Source: a virus
Direction: 5' to 3' (one strand)
IMG/VR virus record: IMGVR_UViG_3300050343_000182
DNA length: 64,000 bases
The notes under the pieces are model-generated. The model was not told the origin of the DNA. It was given only the letters and a program-made list of their open reading frames with translations, and made no database searches. The translations under genes were made by a program, and so were the position numbers. Each line of letters begins with the position of its first letter. Within the stretch, counting starts at the first letter, position 1. Of this stretch, positions 32,201 to 40,359 are shown piece after piece.

Positions 32201-33867
32201 CAGATGGCAAGACGAGAGCAGGTAGTATGATTGGTGACACTTGGCATGATCGTGCCAAACCTAACAAGAAATCTGCTGGTCCTAAGCAGGCATCTACCAA
32301 GGTATATGAAAACTCCACCATCACATCGATGCATGGTCTGCTACAGAACAACCCTGCAATTCTAGGTGGCATGGCTAGAGATACTTTCAACCCTCTGATT
32401 CCTAATGTCACGGGAGGGTATTGCGACACAGGATATCCTGAGGACTCAGCATCTGAATATGAAAGAGGAAACTGGCAAGGGTATCGTGTGCAGGTGTTGG
32501 GTGGTGACTATGGTGATTTTGTAAGAAGACATCTAGTCACACGATTCGATCAGGGTGATGGAACAATCCCTCAACGTAACACATTCCTCAACAAGTCTCC
32601 TGTCTGCTTTGCTAGACAAGAGAAACCCTGGTATGTAGTTGCTGACTGTCAGTCAACAGCAGCATCAGTATTCGATGGTGGCACAAACTTCTTTAGTGCA
32701 AATACTTTCACTCAGGACTACTACCTAGATGGTAATGAGTTTGAGAATGATGCTATTGAGAATGTGAGCGTAGCAGCTTCATTGTATGCAAAGGTTAGGA
32801 TTGGATTCACCTTCTACTCCACTAAGGGAATCCCTAACGAGCAGGGCAAACCAGAGGGCGGTGTTGCCAACCCTGAGAGGTGGATGTGTGCCATCACCCT
32901 TATGGAGGTGCTACAGACGGGTATAGGATACTCTCAGGGGCAGGAGTATGATCTTACGTGGCCACCTAGGAGATACGACCAGGGAGCGACGGGCACCCTG
33001 TCTGCATACTTCTTGCCTAATGGCACAGGTATTCAGGTTGAGGGTGCTGGTAGTGGCACCATTACACTTGACTTTGATTGGGATGATCAACCCAGCACAT
33101 CTGGTCAAGCAGTTGGTAAACTGGTTATTGAAGGTCAGACATTTGATCAGGGTAACAGCGAGACTGGCAACCAGACTCGATCCTTCTCTGTTACTGGTGG
33201 CAACAAATATCTTTGGACTATCAATGGTCAGGCTGGTCAATATGCAAATGCTAGAGAGGCATTTAACGCTGGTGACATTACATCACTTTCAAACTTTGCA
33301 AAGGATGTAATTGTACAAGGTTGGGATGATCATCCAGAATACCTTACTGATCCAGAGCTTCACCAACAAGCGGTCGGATATTTCCCTGATCCAGATAGCG
33401 AACATGGTCTACCTGATCGTGGTTTCACTTCACTCTTCCAAGTTGATGCAGACGATGATGAGCAAGGATTTACTTGGTTAGGTGGTGAGCAAAGTGGAGA
33501 TGCTGGTTTCCGAATCAGAGACAGTGGTCAGACGATTCAATGGGATGACAATGCAGCGAATGGATTTGACGTTAATGCTACAATGGTAATTGCAGACCTA
33601 ACTACTAGCGGTGGTGGACAATCTGCTGATGCTGCCTATAATGCAATGGAAGATCCAAACACATCACCTTACTACCCAGACATGAAGGGCAACTTTACGT
33701 TACCACGTAACCTTGCTGCATTCTATGAAAGAGATAGTATGAGGAGGAGTGCGAAGGAAGCATTCTATCAAGAATCACACAACAAAAACTCACCTGTGTG
33801 GTATACTAGCTCTGACAGAGACAAACACCGTGTTAAATTCAAACTAATCATCACACAAACATCGTAA
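29260..33867 (+). CDS. large multidomain virion/host-interaction protein (1535 aa), DUF4114-like and SCP-extension-like modules
   Basis: CTAAATA late site 29225; triple LVxRCY repeat; LHRFYNPSTGDHRYT; YDNAFGYY...MGFFL...WEDLIDGDDDYDD. Confidence 0.7.
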   Translation: MSEHIRNLVARCYNVTGPIGLTPNALDGENPASEFRPAGGTSEGIPPTLTPSEVIQNLVGRCYGPTAPPNSPNPLDSLNIPERPDAPEFTPPPTPNEVIQDLVGRCYPALPPLLPPRPPDDLPDLPTIVNIDPIICFVVDELGIEIPGLKCGNPITIHWPTGPEPDGPWIGTGGSTGGGPPDDCKRVSELRIRGKVKDIGNGYWKVIGSDPEEILYCPFSKPEDDDWARCVRKTLECTFKPYLGGGWTPAKADCEGFHPRGWSANKTEVCIKNCFPERVPVYESENGNEYNYHNEIAGPSGYSLTDGDAAWWCLKDKVPGSAGGSGQNVELITGSNSGFTTSEKNPPIKTTNNEGVGNGTWVYNEGGADFWPKKNLGLSSGNGRRGDIAQHTIRYGGAVINFEVRPVYNVGSDGKADDIDSEWRVTSWTGKLPESGVEIPFTFMPQQNGNDGQRVMNITASILGSETRDRSVPLFKYKGSNPHDYFLTTNPGAPDTQGAGERDTMNGAGMVFHSILGYVFQKKPDGIEFIADKEKLWGLHRFYNPSTGDHRYTIDPQNNTIPQRVSRSRFAYRIPQKVTTDLTVRLDVEKGKAGYDNAFGYYLANSSGPQWGKIVVPSAKNAEEGGGNETNVVTISVSELQAYKGGTMGFFLLSDGAGQNSLSTNQTFNINSHSNGHGSGFRGSGIDTKENDYILFSDKEWNPEDKKDYTKWKGPNKQMWEDLIDGDDDYDDLILWHTVEFTAYPGYIYEGIQCYVFADNRPEPVMLKIDLSNPCDPQSFKKNFKDVILQRQGCGNDSPITFGEWDENHECGKCDGDYSISQGRNQTITTITGGNFKLKSFGGITGGSTGDCIRFKMRMKKNGSEIFSQRYDAGDWPTIGQDLYDGTISLSPGDKLNFKLQSIITGPPTGTITPYCALWNVDTGKFEMQWGLQLTTVSGDNPLSPMMMANTQLLSIQSAGAVVGINFQFYPSYGSQINAKADGKTRAGSMIGDTWHDRAKPNKKSAGPKQASTKVYENSTITSMHGLLQNNPAILGGMARDTFNPLIPNVTGGYCDTGYPEDSASEYERGNWQGYRVQVLGGDYGDFVRRHLVTRFDQGDGTIPQRNTFLNKSPVCFARQEKPWYVVADCQSTAASVFDGGTNFFSANTFTQDYYLDGNEFENDAIENVSVAASLYAKVRIGFTFYSTKGIPNEQGKPEGGVANPERWMCAITLMEVLQTGIGYSQGQEYDLTWPPRRYDQGATGTLSAYFLPNGTGIQVEGAGSGTITLDFDWDDQPSTSGQAVGKLVIEGQTFDQGNSETGNQTRSFSVTGGNKYLWTINGQAGQYANAREAFNAGDITSLSNFAKDVIVQGWDDHPEYLTDPELHQQAVGYFPDPDSEHGLPDRGFTSLFQVDADDDEQGFTWLGGEQSGDAGFRIRDSGQTIQWDDNAANGFDVNATMVIADLTTSGGGQSADAAYNAMEDPNTSPYYPDMKGNFTLPRNLAAFYERDSMRRSAKEAFYQESHNKNSPVWYTSSDRDKHRVKFKLIITQTS

Positions 33868-33869
33868 TT

Positions 33870-34274
33870 ATGGCAGGATTTGGTAATACTGGACACGCAG
33901 AGAGGTCCATGGAGAAAACCTCCCGTGAGTTGAAAGCACTCAGGAGGATCATTGAGAAATACAAAGACGATCCCAAGGGTCGTAAGAAGATGATGAAGAA
34001 AATGCAGAAGTATTGGAGGTCTAACCTTGCAGAGGTGCAGGGTATGGATCACAAACCTGGCAAGACTCAAGCATTTGGTGGTGGGTTCGTGCCTGTTGGT
34101 ATGATAGAAGACCTGGAGGCAGTCCAGAAGTCACTCTCCCCTGCAGAGGACACCCAAGAAGATGTTACTCAACCTGAAGAGAATCTAACGACTGGACAAA
34201 TGTCAGAGATTCGTGATATAATTAGTAAGTCCAAGGAACTTTCAGACCATGATCAATCTGCACCAGAAGTATAA
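33870..34274 (+). CDS. hypothetical protein
   Basis: ORF 134 aa. Confidence 0.7.
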   Translation: MAGFGNTGHAERSMEKTSRELKALRRIIEKYKDDPKGRKKMMKKMQKYWRSNLAEVQGMDHKPGKTQAFGGGFVPVGMIEDLEAVQKSLSPAEDTQEDVTQPEENLTTGQMSEIRDIISKSKELSDHDQSAPEV

Positions 34275-34467
34275 TCACTATCTCAATACGGATAAACTTC
34301 TGGACTCAGATGACGTGCATGAGCGCATAATCACCTATGGATGGACAGATGATGGAGTGGATCTCACTGGATACTATGTCTTGACAGAATGCCATGAGCT
34401 GCACTATGATCTGTCCGAGCAGTTGATCAAGAAGGTTAACCGTTGTCCAACTGGCACAAGGGATTGA
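34249..34467 (+). CDS. hypothetical protein
   Basis: ORF 72 aa. Confidence 0.6.
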   Translation: MINLHQKYNHYLNTDKLLDSDDVHERIITYGWTDDGVDLTGYYVLTECHELHYDLSEQLIKKVNRCPTGTRD

Positions 34468-34486
34468 CATTTGGAGATTAAACTGC

Positions 34487-34494
34487 TATAAATA
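34487..34494 (+). promoter_or_regulatory. T4-type late promoter TATAAATA
   Basis: exact consensus. Confidence 0.8.
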
Positions 34495-34610
34495 ACCAAC
34501 CGTGACCAACTAAGGTTACGGATTGTTACAGACTACACACGGGGAGAGTCGAATCCCCTATCATCTGTGGGTAAACACTCCACAAGAAAACACTAAGAGG
34601 TATTAATTCA

Positions 34611-34988
34611 ATGATCAAAACTGCAATCGCAACTCTCGCCGCCACTGCCGCAATTGTGGCTCCGTCTGCTGCCCTCGCAGGTCCCTACGTTAACGTAGAA
34701 ACCAATGCTGGTTGGACTGGCGCAGATTATTCTGGTGCCGCGACGGATTTTCACGTAGGGTATGAAGGTGCTCTGGGCGAATCCGCTTCATACTATGTCC
34801 AGGGCGGCGCTACTTTGGTTTCTCCTGATGGCGCTGAGAATGACACGGTTCCTTCTGGTAAGGCAGGTGTCGGTGTTTCCCTGAGCGATGCTCTGGGTGC
34901 GTATGGTGAAGTCTCATTCGTGGGCAGTGGCGATGACAACATCGACCGTGGCTACGGTGGGAAACTGGGCGTCAAGTATTCTTTCTGA
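34611..34988 (+). CDS. small outer-membrane beta-barrel protein with signal peptide
   Basis: MIKTAIATLAA...AALA signal peptide, alternating beta pattern, C-terminal GVKYSF. Confidence 0.75.
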   Translation: MIKTAIATLAATAAIVAPSAALAGPYVNVETNAGWTGADYSGAATDFHVGYEGALGESASYYVQGGATLVSPDGAENDTVPSGKAGVGVSLSDALGAYGEVSFVGSGDDNIDRGYGGKLGVKYSF

Positions 34989-35020
34989 TATATAATTTAG
35001 ACGGAATCTGATGCTCTGTT

Positions 35021-35044
35021 GAGGGTCCTTCGGGACCCTTTTTT
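35021..35044 (+). terminator. intrinsic terminator with cUUCGg loop
   Basis: AGGGTCC-TTCG-GGACCCT plus T run. Confidence 0.9.
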
Positions 35045-35064
35045 ATTCTCTCTCATATATTACG

Positions 35065-35313
35065 ATGGCAAAACCTGGCAACACAGCAATTTACACACGA
35101 CCTGGGTGTCCTTTCTGCACTAAAATTAAAGAAGTGTATCGAATGAAAGGTTATCCCTTTGCAGAATTCACATTAAATGTTAACTTTACAAGAGACCAAT
35201 TCTATAAAGAGTTTGGTAATGGTGCTACCTTCCCTCAAGTTCTAATCAATGGACGACAGATGGGTGGATGCACTGAAACTGTTAAGTATCTGAGAGAAAA
35301 CAACTTACTGTGA
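35065..35313 (+). CDS. nrdC: glutaredoxin
   Basis: CPFC, TFPQV, GGCTE. Confidence 0.93.
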   Translation: MAKPGNTAIYTRPGCPFCTKIKEVYRMKGYPFAEFTLNVNFTRDQFYKEFGNGATFPQVLINGRQMGGCTETVKYLRENNLL

Positions 35314-35663
35314 AGACAAAAGACACAACTGAAGTCTATCAACTGGTAGAGCGAGCACTCGATGAGGCAATGCTCAATCAGAAATTTTTATTCAAGATGT
35401 ACAACTATCTCAAGCAAGCGAAGTGGACACGACGTGAAACAAATGATTTCATTGAGTCATCCACTGCAGCACAACTGAGTAACACCGTGGAGGAGTTAAA
35501 TGGTTACATCAAAGGGGGGGACCCAGTGCTACGCGAAGCGTATGGTCACATCCCCAAACCTAAGGCAAGAAAGATCAGAGACTACCTCTACAGCATCCTG
35601 GAGGGCGCTTGGCAGTATCATGCCGAGAGGAAACCTGGAAGGCGTAAGAAGGTTGCTAAATAA
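35310..35663 (+). CDS. conserved hypothetical protein
   Basis: LREAYGHIPKPKARKIRDYL. Confidence 0.75.
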   Translation: MKTKDTTEVYQLVERALDEAMLNQKFLFKMYNYLKQAKWTRRETNDFIESSTAAQLSNTVEELNGYIKGGDPVLREAYGHIPKPKARKIRDYLYSILEGAWQYHAERKPGRRKKVAK

Positions 35664-35688
35664 TTTTAACAAGACTTAAGGAGGCATC

Positions 35689-35925
35689 ATGGCTGATCTT
35701 ACATTTCTGTACATTGCCTTCTTTCTTACCCTAGGATCCTTTCTTCTAGGGTTTATCGCATCATGGAACCTGAAGCATGTGTTTGATCTGTGGTTAGATA
35801 GAGCAGAGTATGCTGCTGTTGTTATGCACCCTGAAATGCAGGGTGAAGATGGCATGGCAGACCCAGCTGAGCTCCTCTACTTGCGGATCGCAGATGAAGA
35901 TGATATGATTGATGACGAAGAGTGA
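35689..35925 (+). CDS. small membrane protein
   Basis: AGGAGG RBS, TM helix, MHPEM motif. Confidence 0.7.
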   Translation: MADLTFLYIAFFLTLGSFLLGFIASWNLKHVFDLWLDRAEYAAVVMHPEMQGEDGMADPAELLYLRIADEDDMIDDEE

Positions 35926-35947
35926 ATGTAAACCTACTATCTAAACC

Positions 35948-36388
35948 ATGAAACTGATGATTTCTGAAGTGCTTCAGAAAGCACATAATGCTAAGACGAA
36001 AGCAGCAAAGATTAAAATCTTGCAAGACAACAACACCCAGACACTAAGGTCTATCTTCATCATCAACTTTGATGAGAGCATAGAACCTCGTGTCCCTATG
36101 GGTGAAGATGTCCCTTATCGTCCTAACGAAGCACCTGTTGGCACTGAGCACACACTGTTGGAGAAGGAGGGTAAGAAACTCTATCGATTCTTCAAGGGTG
36201 GTGACGATACATTGCCTGGGATGAAGATCGAGAGCATGTTTATTCAGATGCTTGAAGGACTGCATGAGAGTGAAGCAGAAGTCCTTATCAAAGCAGTGAA
36301 TAAGACACTCCATAAGAAATACCGCATCACACAGTCAGTAGTTAAGGATGCATTTCCTTCTATTGAGTGGGGGGGACGAGCTCGATGA
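35948..36388 (+). CDS. conserved T4-like hypothetical protein (DUF6433-like)
   Basis: LMISEVLQK...FIQMLEGLHESEAEVL. Confidence 0.75.
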   Translation: MKLMISEVLQKAHNAKTKAAKIKILQDNNTQTLRSIFIINFDESIEPRVPMGEDVPYRPNEAPVGTEHTLLEKEGKKLYRFFKGGDDTLPGMKIESMFIQMLEGLHESEAEVLIKAVNKTLHKKYRITQSVVKDAFPSIEWGGRAR

Positions 36389-36663
36389 GTAGAGGGATTA
36401 AAACCTTACAATCAGATTGTGACCTTCAAGCAGCAGAGGATAGATCGCTACCAACGTCAGCGTTTATCGTTTGCTATCTGATTGAAGGTCAAGAGCACTA
36501 TGACATCGTTACCAGCGGAAAGAATGTTGATATCTTTGACCATTATTGGGACAAGTATAAACATGATCTGAAATGGTACAAACAAGCAGAAGGAAGAATC
36601 AATCCCAAACTATGGCAAGATCCAAACAAACCCCCAGCAAAGGTAACCAAGGGCAAAGGATGA
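36385..36663 (+). CDS. conserved hypothetical protein
   Basis: DIFDHYWDKY...GRINPKLW. Confidence 0.7.
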   Translation: MSRGIKTLQSDCDLQAAEDRSLPTSAFIVCYLIEGQEHYDIVTSGKNVDIFDHYWDKYKHDLKWYKQAEGRINPKLWQDPNKPPAKVTKGKG

Positions 36664-36962
36664 CTAAAGGAGATCAAGTTTACTTCGACCCTAGACAGTC
36701 TGCTGAGCAGCAGATTGAAGACATGAAGGCAGCAGTGGATGCTGCCCTGAAGAAAGAAGAAGAGGAGCAGGAGAAACTGAGCAACATTGAGATGGGTAAA
36801 TCTATTGTTGCAGGACTCGGCACCCTCTTCATCTCACCACTGGTGCTGATGTTTATCTGGAATATGTTTATGCCAGGTTTATTCGCACTACCTGTGCTAA
36901 CCTACTGGACAAGCATGGGACTAATCGTAATCTCTCGCCTGCTTATCCCTAAGAATGACTAA
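36660..36962 (+). CDS. membrane protein, two TM helices
   Basis: LVLMFIWNMFMPGLFALP...YW. Confidence 0.65.
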   Translation: MTKGDQVYFDPRQSAEQQIEDMKAAVDAALKKEEEEQEKLSNIEMGKSIVAGLGTLFISPLVLMFIWNMFMPGLFALPVLTYWTSMGLIVISRLLIPKND

Positions 36963-37692
36963 AATTTCTCCTGTAGAGCACTCCTCTAAGGTGTGTATGG
37001 TATCTGTGACCCCTGATGCTGAGAAGCACATGGGATATGTTGCTCGTGTGAGTAACCCAAACAACCAGGACAACCCTGAGGTTGCTGGTCTACTGAAGTA
37101 TTGCATCAAGCATGGGCACTGGAGTGTCTTTGAGCAAGCATTCATGACGCTTGAGATCAACACTACCAGGGGACTGGCAGCTCAGATCCTGAGGCATAGA
37201 TCTTTCACCTATCAAGAGTTCTCACAACGCTATGCAGATACTAATCTGCTGAGTGAAATGATTGAGGTGCCTGATCTACGACTGCAAGACACTAAGAATC
37301 GTCAGAATAGTATTGACGCTGTAGATGTAGAGCAGAAAGCATTCTTACAGGGACGCATCCATCAATACTTTATTGAGGGAATGGATCTCTACAATGAATT
37401 ACTGCGTGAAGGTATTGCAAAGGAGTGTGCTCGTTTTGTGCTCCCCCTTGCCGCACCCACCAGAATTTTCATGACTGGCTCTGTGCGTTCATGGATCCAT
37501 TACATCCAACTGAGGTCTTCTAATGGCACTCAGCAGGAGCACATGGACATCGCTCAACTGTGTCAGAAGCATTTCATCTGTCAGTTTCCTACTATCTCTA
37601 AGGCACTGGACTGGTGTCCTGAGCAGGACTGTGGATGTAATGATGATGATCAATACTGGCAAGACATACAACCCTGTTTGAGGATTGACTAA
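36955..37692 (+). CDS. thyX: flavin-dependent thymidylate synthase
   Basis: HWSVFE, RHRSFTYQEFSQRY. Confidence 0.97.
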   Translation: MTKISPVEHSSKVCMVSVTPDAEKHMGYVARVSNPNNQDNPEVAGLLKYCIKHGHWSVFEQAFMTLEINTTRGLAAQILRHRSFTYQEFSQRYADTNLLSEMIEVPDLRLQDTKNRQNSIDAVDVEQKAFLQGRIHQYFIEGMDLYNELLREGIAKECARFVLPLAAPTRIFMTGSVRSWIHYIQLRSSNGTQQEHMDIAQLCQKHFICQFPTISKALDWCPEQDCGCNDDDQYWQDIQPCLRID

Positions 37693-37871
37693 TGAGTTTC
37701 AAACTAATCAGATACATGATTACCTATTCGCTACCCGCTACAGGTAATCGTCGTCACCATAAGATCGTTGAAGCACGGTCGCAGTCTGAATCAAAGCAAC
37801 TCTTTGAGTCAGATATACCTACCGCTAAGTATATTAGCAGTCAAGTTATGCCCCAAAGCAGGAGTCTGTAA
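37692..37871 (+). CDS. small hypothetical protein
   Basis: 59-aa ORF translated by hand, TAATG overlaps on both sides. Confidence 0.55.
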   Translation: MSFKLIRYMITYSLPATGNRRHHKIVEARSQSESKQLFESDIPTAKYISSQVMPQSRSL

Positions 37872-38101
37872 TGCCTACATACAATGTAAAGAATCTTAAG
37901 ACAGGCGAGAAACAAGAATTCTCTATGTCAATGGTCAACTATGATCAGTGGCGTAAAGATAATCCCGACTGGGATAAGGACTGGCAAGCAGGTATCGGTG
38001 GGGTAACCTACGGAGAACCTAAGCAGTCCGATGGTTTCAAAGAGGTTATGCAGAAGATGCAAGCCGACCACCCCGTAGCAAACTTGTCCCGTTACACCTA
38101 A
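37871..38101 (+). CDS. conserved hypothetical protein
   Basis: MPTYNVKNLKTGE...WRKDNPDW. Confidence 0.75.
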   Translation: MPTYNVKNLKTGEKQEFSMSMVNYDQWRKDNPDWDKDWQAGIGGVTYGEPKQSDGFKEVMQKMQADHPVANLSRYT

Positions 38102-38113
38102 CCAACACCCTCT

Positions 38114-38878
38114 ATGCCAACATCTGTTAAGTCCAAGACACGCCGTCGCTCCATGAAACTGGAGACACTCACAGCAAAGCAAATGAGAAGAAAGAAACCT
38201 ATTAATCTTGAGCATCTCAAGCAGATTAATCCACTCACAGACAATCAAGAAACTATCTTCAACTCTTTTGCTGAAGGTAAAAACCTAGTCCTGCATGGTG
38301 CCGCTGGCACAGGCAAGACTTTTATTAGTCTTTACTTAGCATTGCGTGAGGTCCTGGACCCAGAGACTCCATACGAGAAGGTCTACATGGTCCGATCACT
38401 GGTGCCTACGAGAGAGATTGGTTTCTTGCCAGGTGATCACGAGGACAAAGCAAACCTATACCAGATACCATACAAGAATATGGTGAAGTATATGTTTGAG
38501 ATGCCAGATGACAATGCGTTTGAAGCACTGTATGCTAACCTCAGAGCACAAGAGTCTGTCTCGTTCTGGTCTACCTCATTCATTCGTGGCGTGACACTTG
38601 ACAGGTGCATTATAATAGTGGATGAGTTTAGTAATCTCAACTTCCATGAGCTTGATTCCATTATCACTCGTGTTGGTGAGGATGCTAAGATCATCTTCTC
38701 TGGTGACTACTCCCAGTCTGATCTACTGAAATCTAATGAGCGCAATGGCGTGCTTGACTTCATGAAGATCCTACAATCTATGCCATCCTTCGACTGTGTT
38801 GAGTTTGGTATCGAGGACATCGTAAGGTCTGGGTTAGTGAAAGAGTATCTTGTATCTAAAATTAACATGGGAATGTGA
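38114..38878 (+). CDS. phoH: PhoH-like ATPase
   Basis: GAAGTGKT, GFLPG, RGVTL, DE, GDYSQSDL, DIVRS. Confidence 0.96.
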   Translation: MPTSVKSKTRRRSMKLETLTAKQMRRKKPINLEHLKQINPLTDNQETIFNSFAEGKNLVLHGAAGTGKTFISLYLALREVLDPETPYEKVYMVRSLVPTREIGFLPGDHEDKANLYQIPYKNMVKYMFEMPDDNAFEALYANLRAQESVSFWSTSFIRGVTLDRCIIIVDEFSNLNFHELDSIITRVGEDAKIIFSGDYSQSDLLKSNERNGVLDFMKILQSMPSFDCVEFGIEDIVRSGLVKEYLVSKINMGM

Positions 38879-39553
38879 ATGTCTTTTAATTATGTTGGTC
38901 CTGCTTCTCCTCTCACTGAGTTAGAGAGCAGGACTCTTCCTCACGGAAGGTTCTATAAGACCGATAGTGGTTGGATGCCTAGCGTCACAACTGTTGTCGG
39001 TCATAATACTAAGGCGGGTATCCTTGCCTGGGAGAAGAGAGTAGGATACACTGAGGCAGAGCGTGTCCGCCGTGCTGCATCGTGGCGTGGCACCCAATAC
39101 CATACCATCGTGGAGCACTATCTAAACAATGACTTGGAGAAAATTAAAGAAAGCAAAGGTCTTCCCAAGTACCTTTTCGGGTTTGCTCGTAAGGATCTTG
39201 ATCGTATTTCTAACATTCATTGTATTGAAGCCCCTCTTCATTCTCTTAAGTTGGGTCTTGCTGGTAGGGTTGATTGTATTGCTGAGTTTGATAACTCTCT
39301 AGCAATCATTGACTTCAAGACCACAACTAGGATCAAGAAGGAGGAGTATCTTAAGTCATACTTTGTACAGGAAGCAGCATATGCTTACATGTATTACGAG
39401 ATGACTGGTGTTGAGGTAGACAAACTTGTTACATTATCTGTGGCAGAGGATGGGCAGATGCAAATTGTAGAGAAGTATGATAAGATACCTTATATGGATA
39501 CCCTAATCAAATGGATCGAAGAGTATCGTTACTATGTCGAGGGACTTAAATGA
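38879..39553 (+). CDS. PD-(D/E)xK exonuclease
   Basis: PSVTT, RGTQYH, GRVDC...IIDFKT. Confidence 0.88.
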   Translation: MSFNYVGPASPLTELESRTLPHGRFYKTDSGWMPSVTTVVGHNTKAGILAWEKRVGYTEAERVRRAASWRGTQYHTIVEHYLNNDLEKIKESKGLPKYLFGFARKDLDRISNIHCIEAPLHSLKLGLAGRVDCIAEFDNSLAIIDFKTTTRIKKEEYLKSYFVQEAAYAYMYYEMTGVEVDKLVTLSVAEDGQMQIVEKYDKIPYMDTLIKWIEEYRYYVEGLK

Positions 39554-39795
39554 AAGAGATTGAAGAAAAATTCATGACTCAGGGTAAGTTTACCTCACTC
39601 GTAGAAATGCGAGTCAAAGACTCCCAAGGACTCATCAACTACATAGAAGCAGTTGCGTCTGTTTGTGAGGAGTTTGAGATTGAAGTTGAAACTGTCAGTA
39701 AACTGATCTCTAAACCACTCAAGGACAAAATCAAATGGGACGCCCAGCAATTAAATTACATTAAACGAACGAGCAAAGCGATCTTGCCCCTATGA
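39550..39795 (+). CDS. gp33: late transcription coactivator (T4 gp33)
   Basis: NYIEAV...CEE...LISKPLKDKI...LNY. Confidence 0.9.
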   Translation: MKEIEEKFMTQGKFTSLVEMRVKDSQGLINYIEAVASVCEEFEIEVETVSKLISKPLKDKIKWDAQQLNYIKRTSKAILPL

Positions 39796-40160
39796 CTGAC
39801 AACGAATTTTTCAAGAGCGACGTAGTAAAAGATGAGGTAGAGCAGATTCAGGAGTGCTATACAGAACTCTTGAAGATGTCTGCTGGTCTTAAAGAGTTTG
39901 ATCCAGAGCAGCGTCTGGAGCATGTAGAGAAAACCCTAGAGTTGATCGCCAAGCAAAAAGTATTTTACTCACGCTTGGCACTAGCATCTCATGGGATGGA
40001 TCCTACTGATGAGAATGACAATGAAGCGAAGTATGTCAAGGATCGTATTGATCTCTTGTCACAGGAGTATTCTGGTGGATTGAATCTCATGATGATCCTA
40101 CAGACAATGGAAGACAAACTACAGGCGTGGCGTAAGGAGTTACGTGATGCCAAATCCTAA
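39792..40160 (+). CDS. DUF1825-like protein
   Basis: FFKSDVV...LIAKQKVFYSRLAL. Confidence 0.7.
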   Translation: MTDNEFFKSDVVKDEVEQIQECYTELLKMSAGLKEFDPEQRLEHVEKTLELIAKQKVFYSRLALASHGMDPTDENDNEAKYVKDRIDLLSQEYSGGLNLMMILQTMEDKLQAWRKELRDAKS

Positions 40161-40299
40161 CCAACTGTACGAGGACATGCAGAAACTCGATGACCTATAC
40201 GAGGAGCTGCTGTGGGGTCCTGATGACGAGTTACAATTCACCCATGACGGTGAGAAGGTCCTGATCATAAACCGCACACAGGCGCTTGACAAACGCTAA
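40147..40299 (+). CDS. small hypothetical protein
   Basis: 50-aa ORF translated by hand. Confidence 0.5.
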   Translation: MPNPNQLYEDMQKLDDLYEELLWGPDDELQFTHDGEKVLIINRTQALDKR

Positions 40300-40359
40300 A
40301 TACTATGCCACTATAATACGGTGGCAAATACAAAACACACAACCACAACGGAGAAACAC

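Noticed and set aside
40286-40317. sigma70 promoter TTGACA...TATAAT for gp32
   Set aside because: Spacer is 20 nt, too long to call confidently; the embedded CTAAATA may be the functional element
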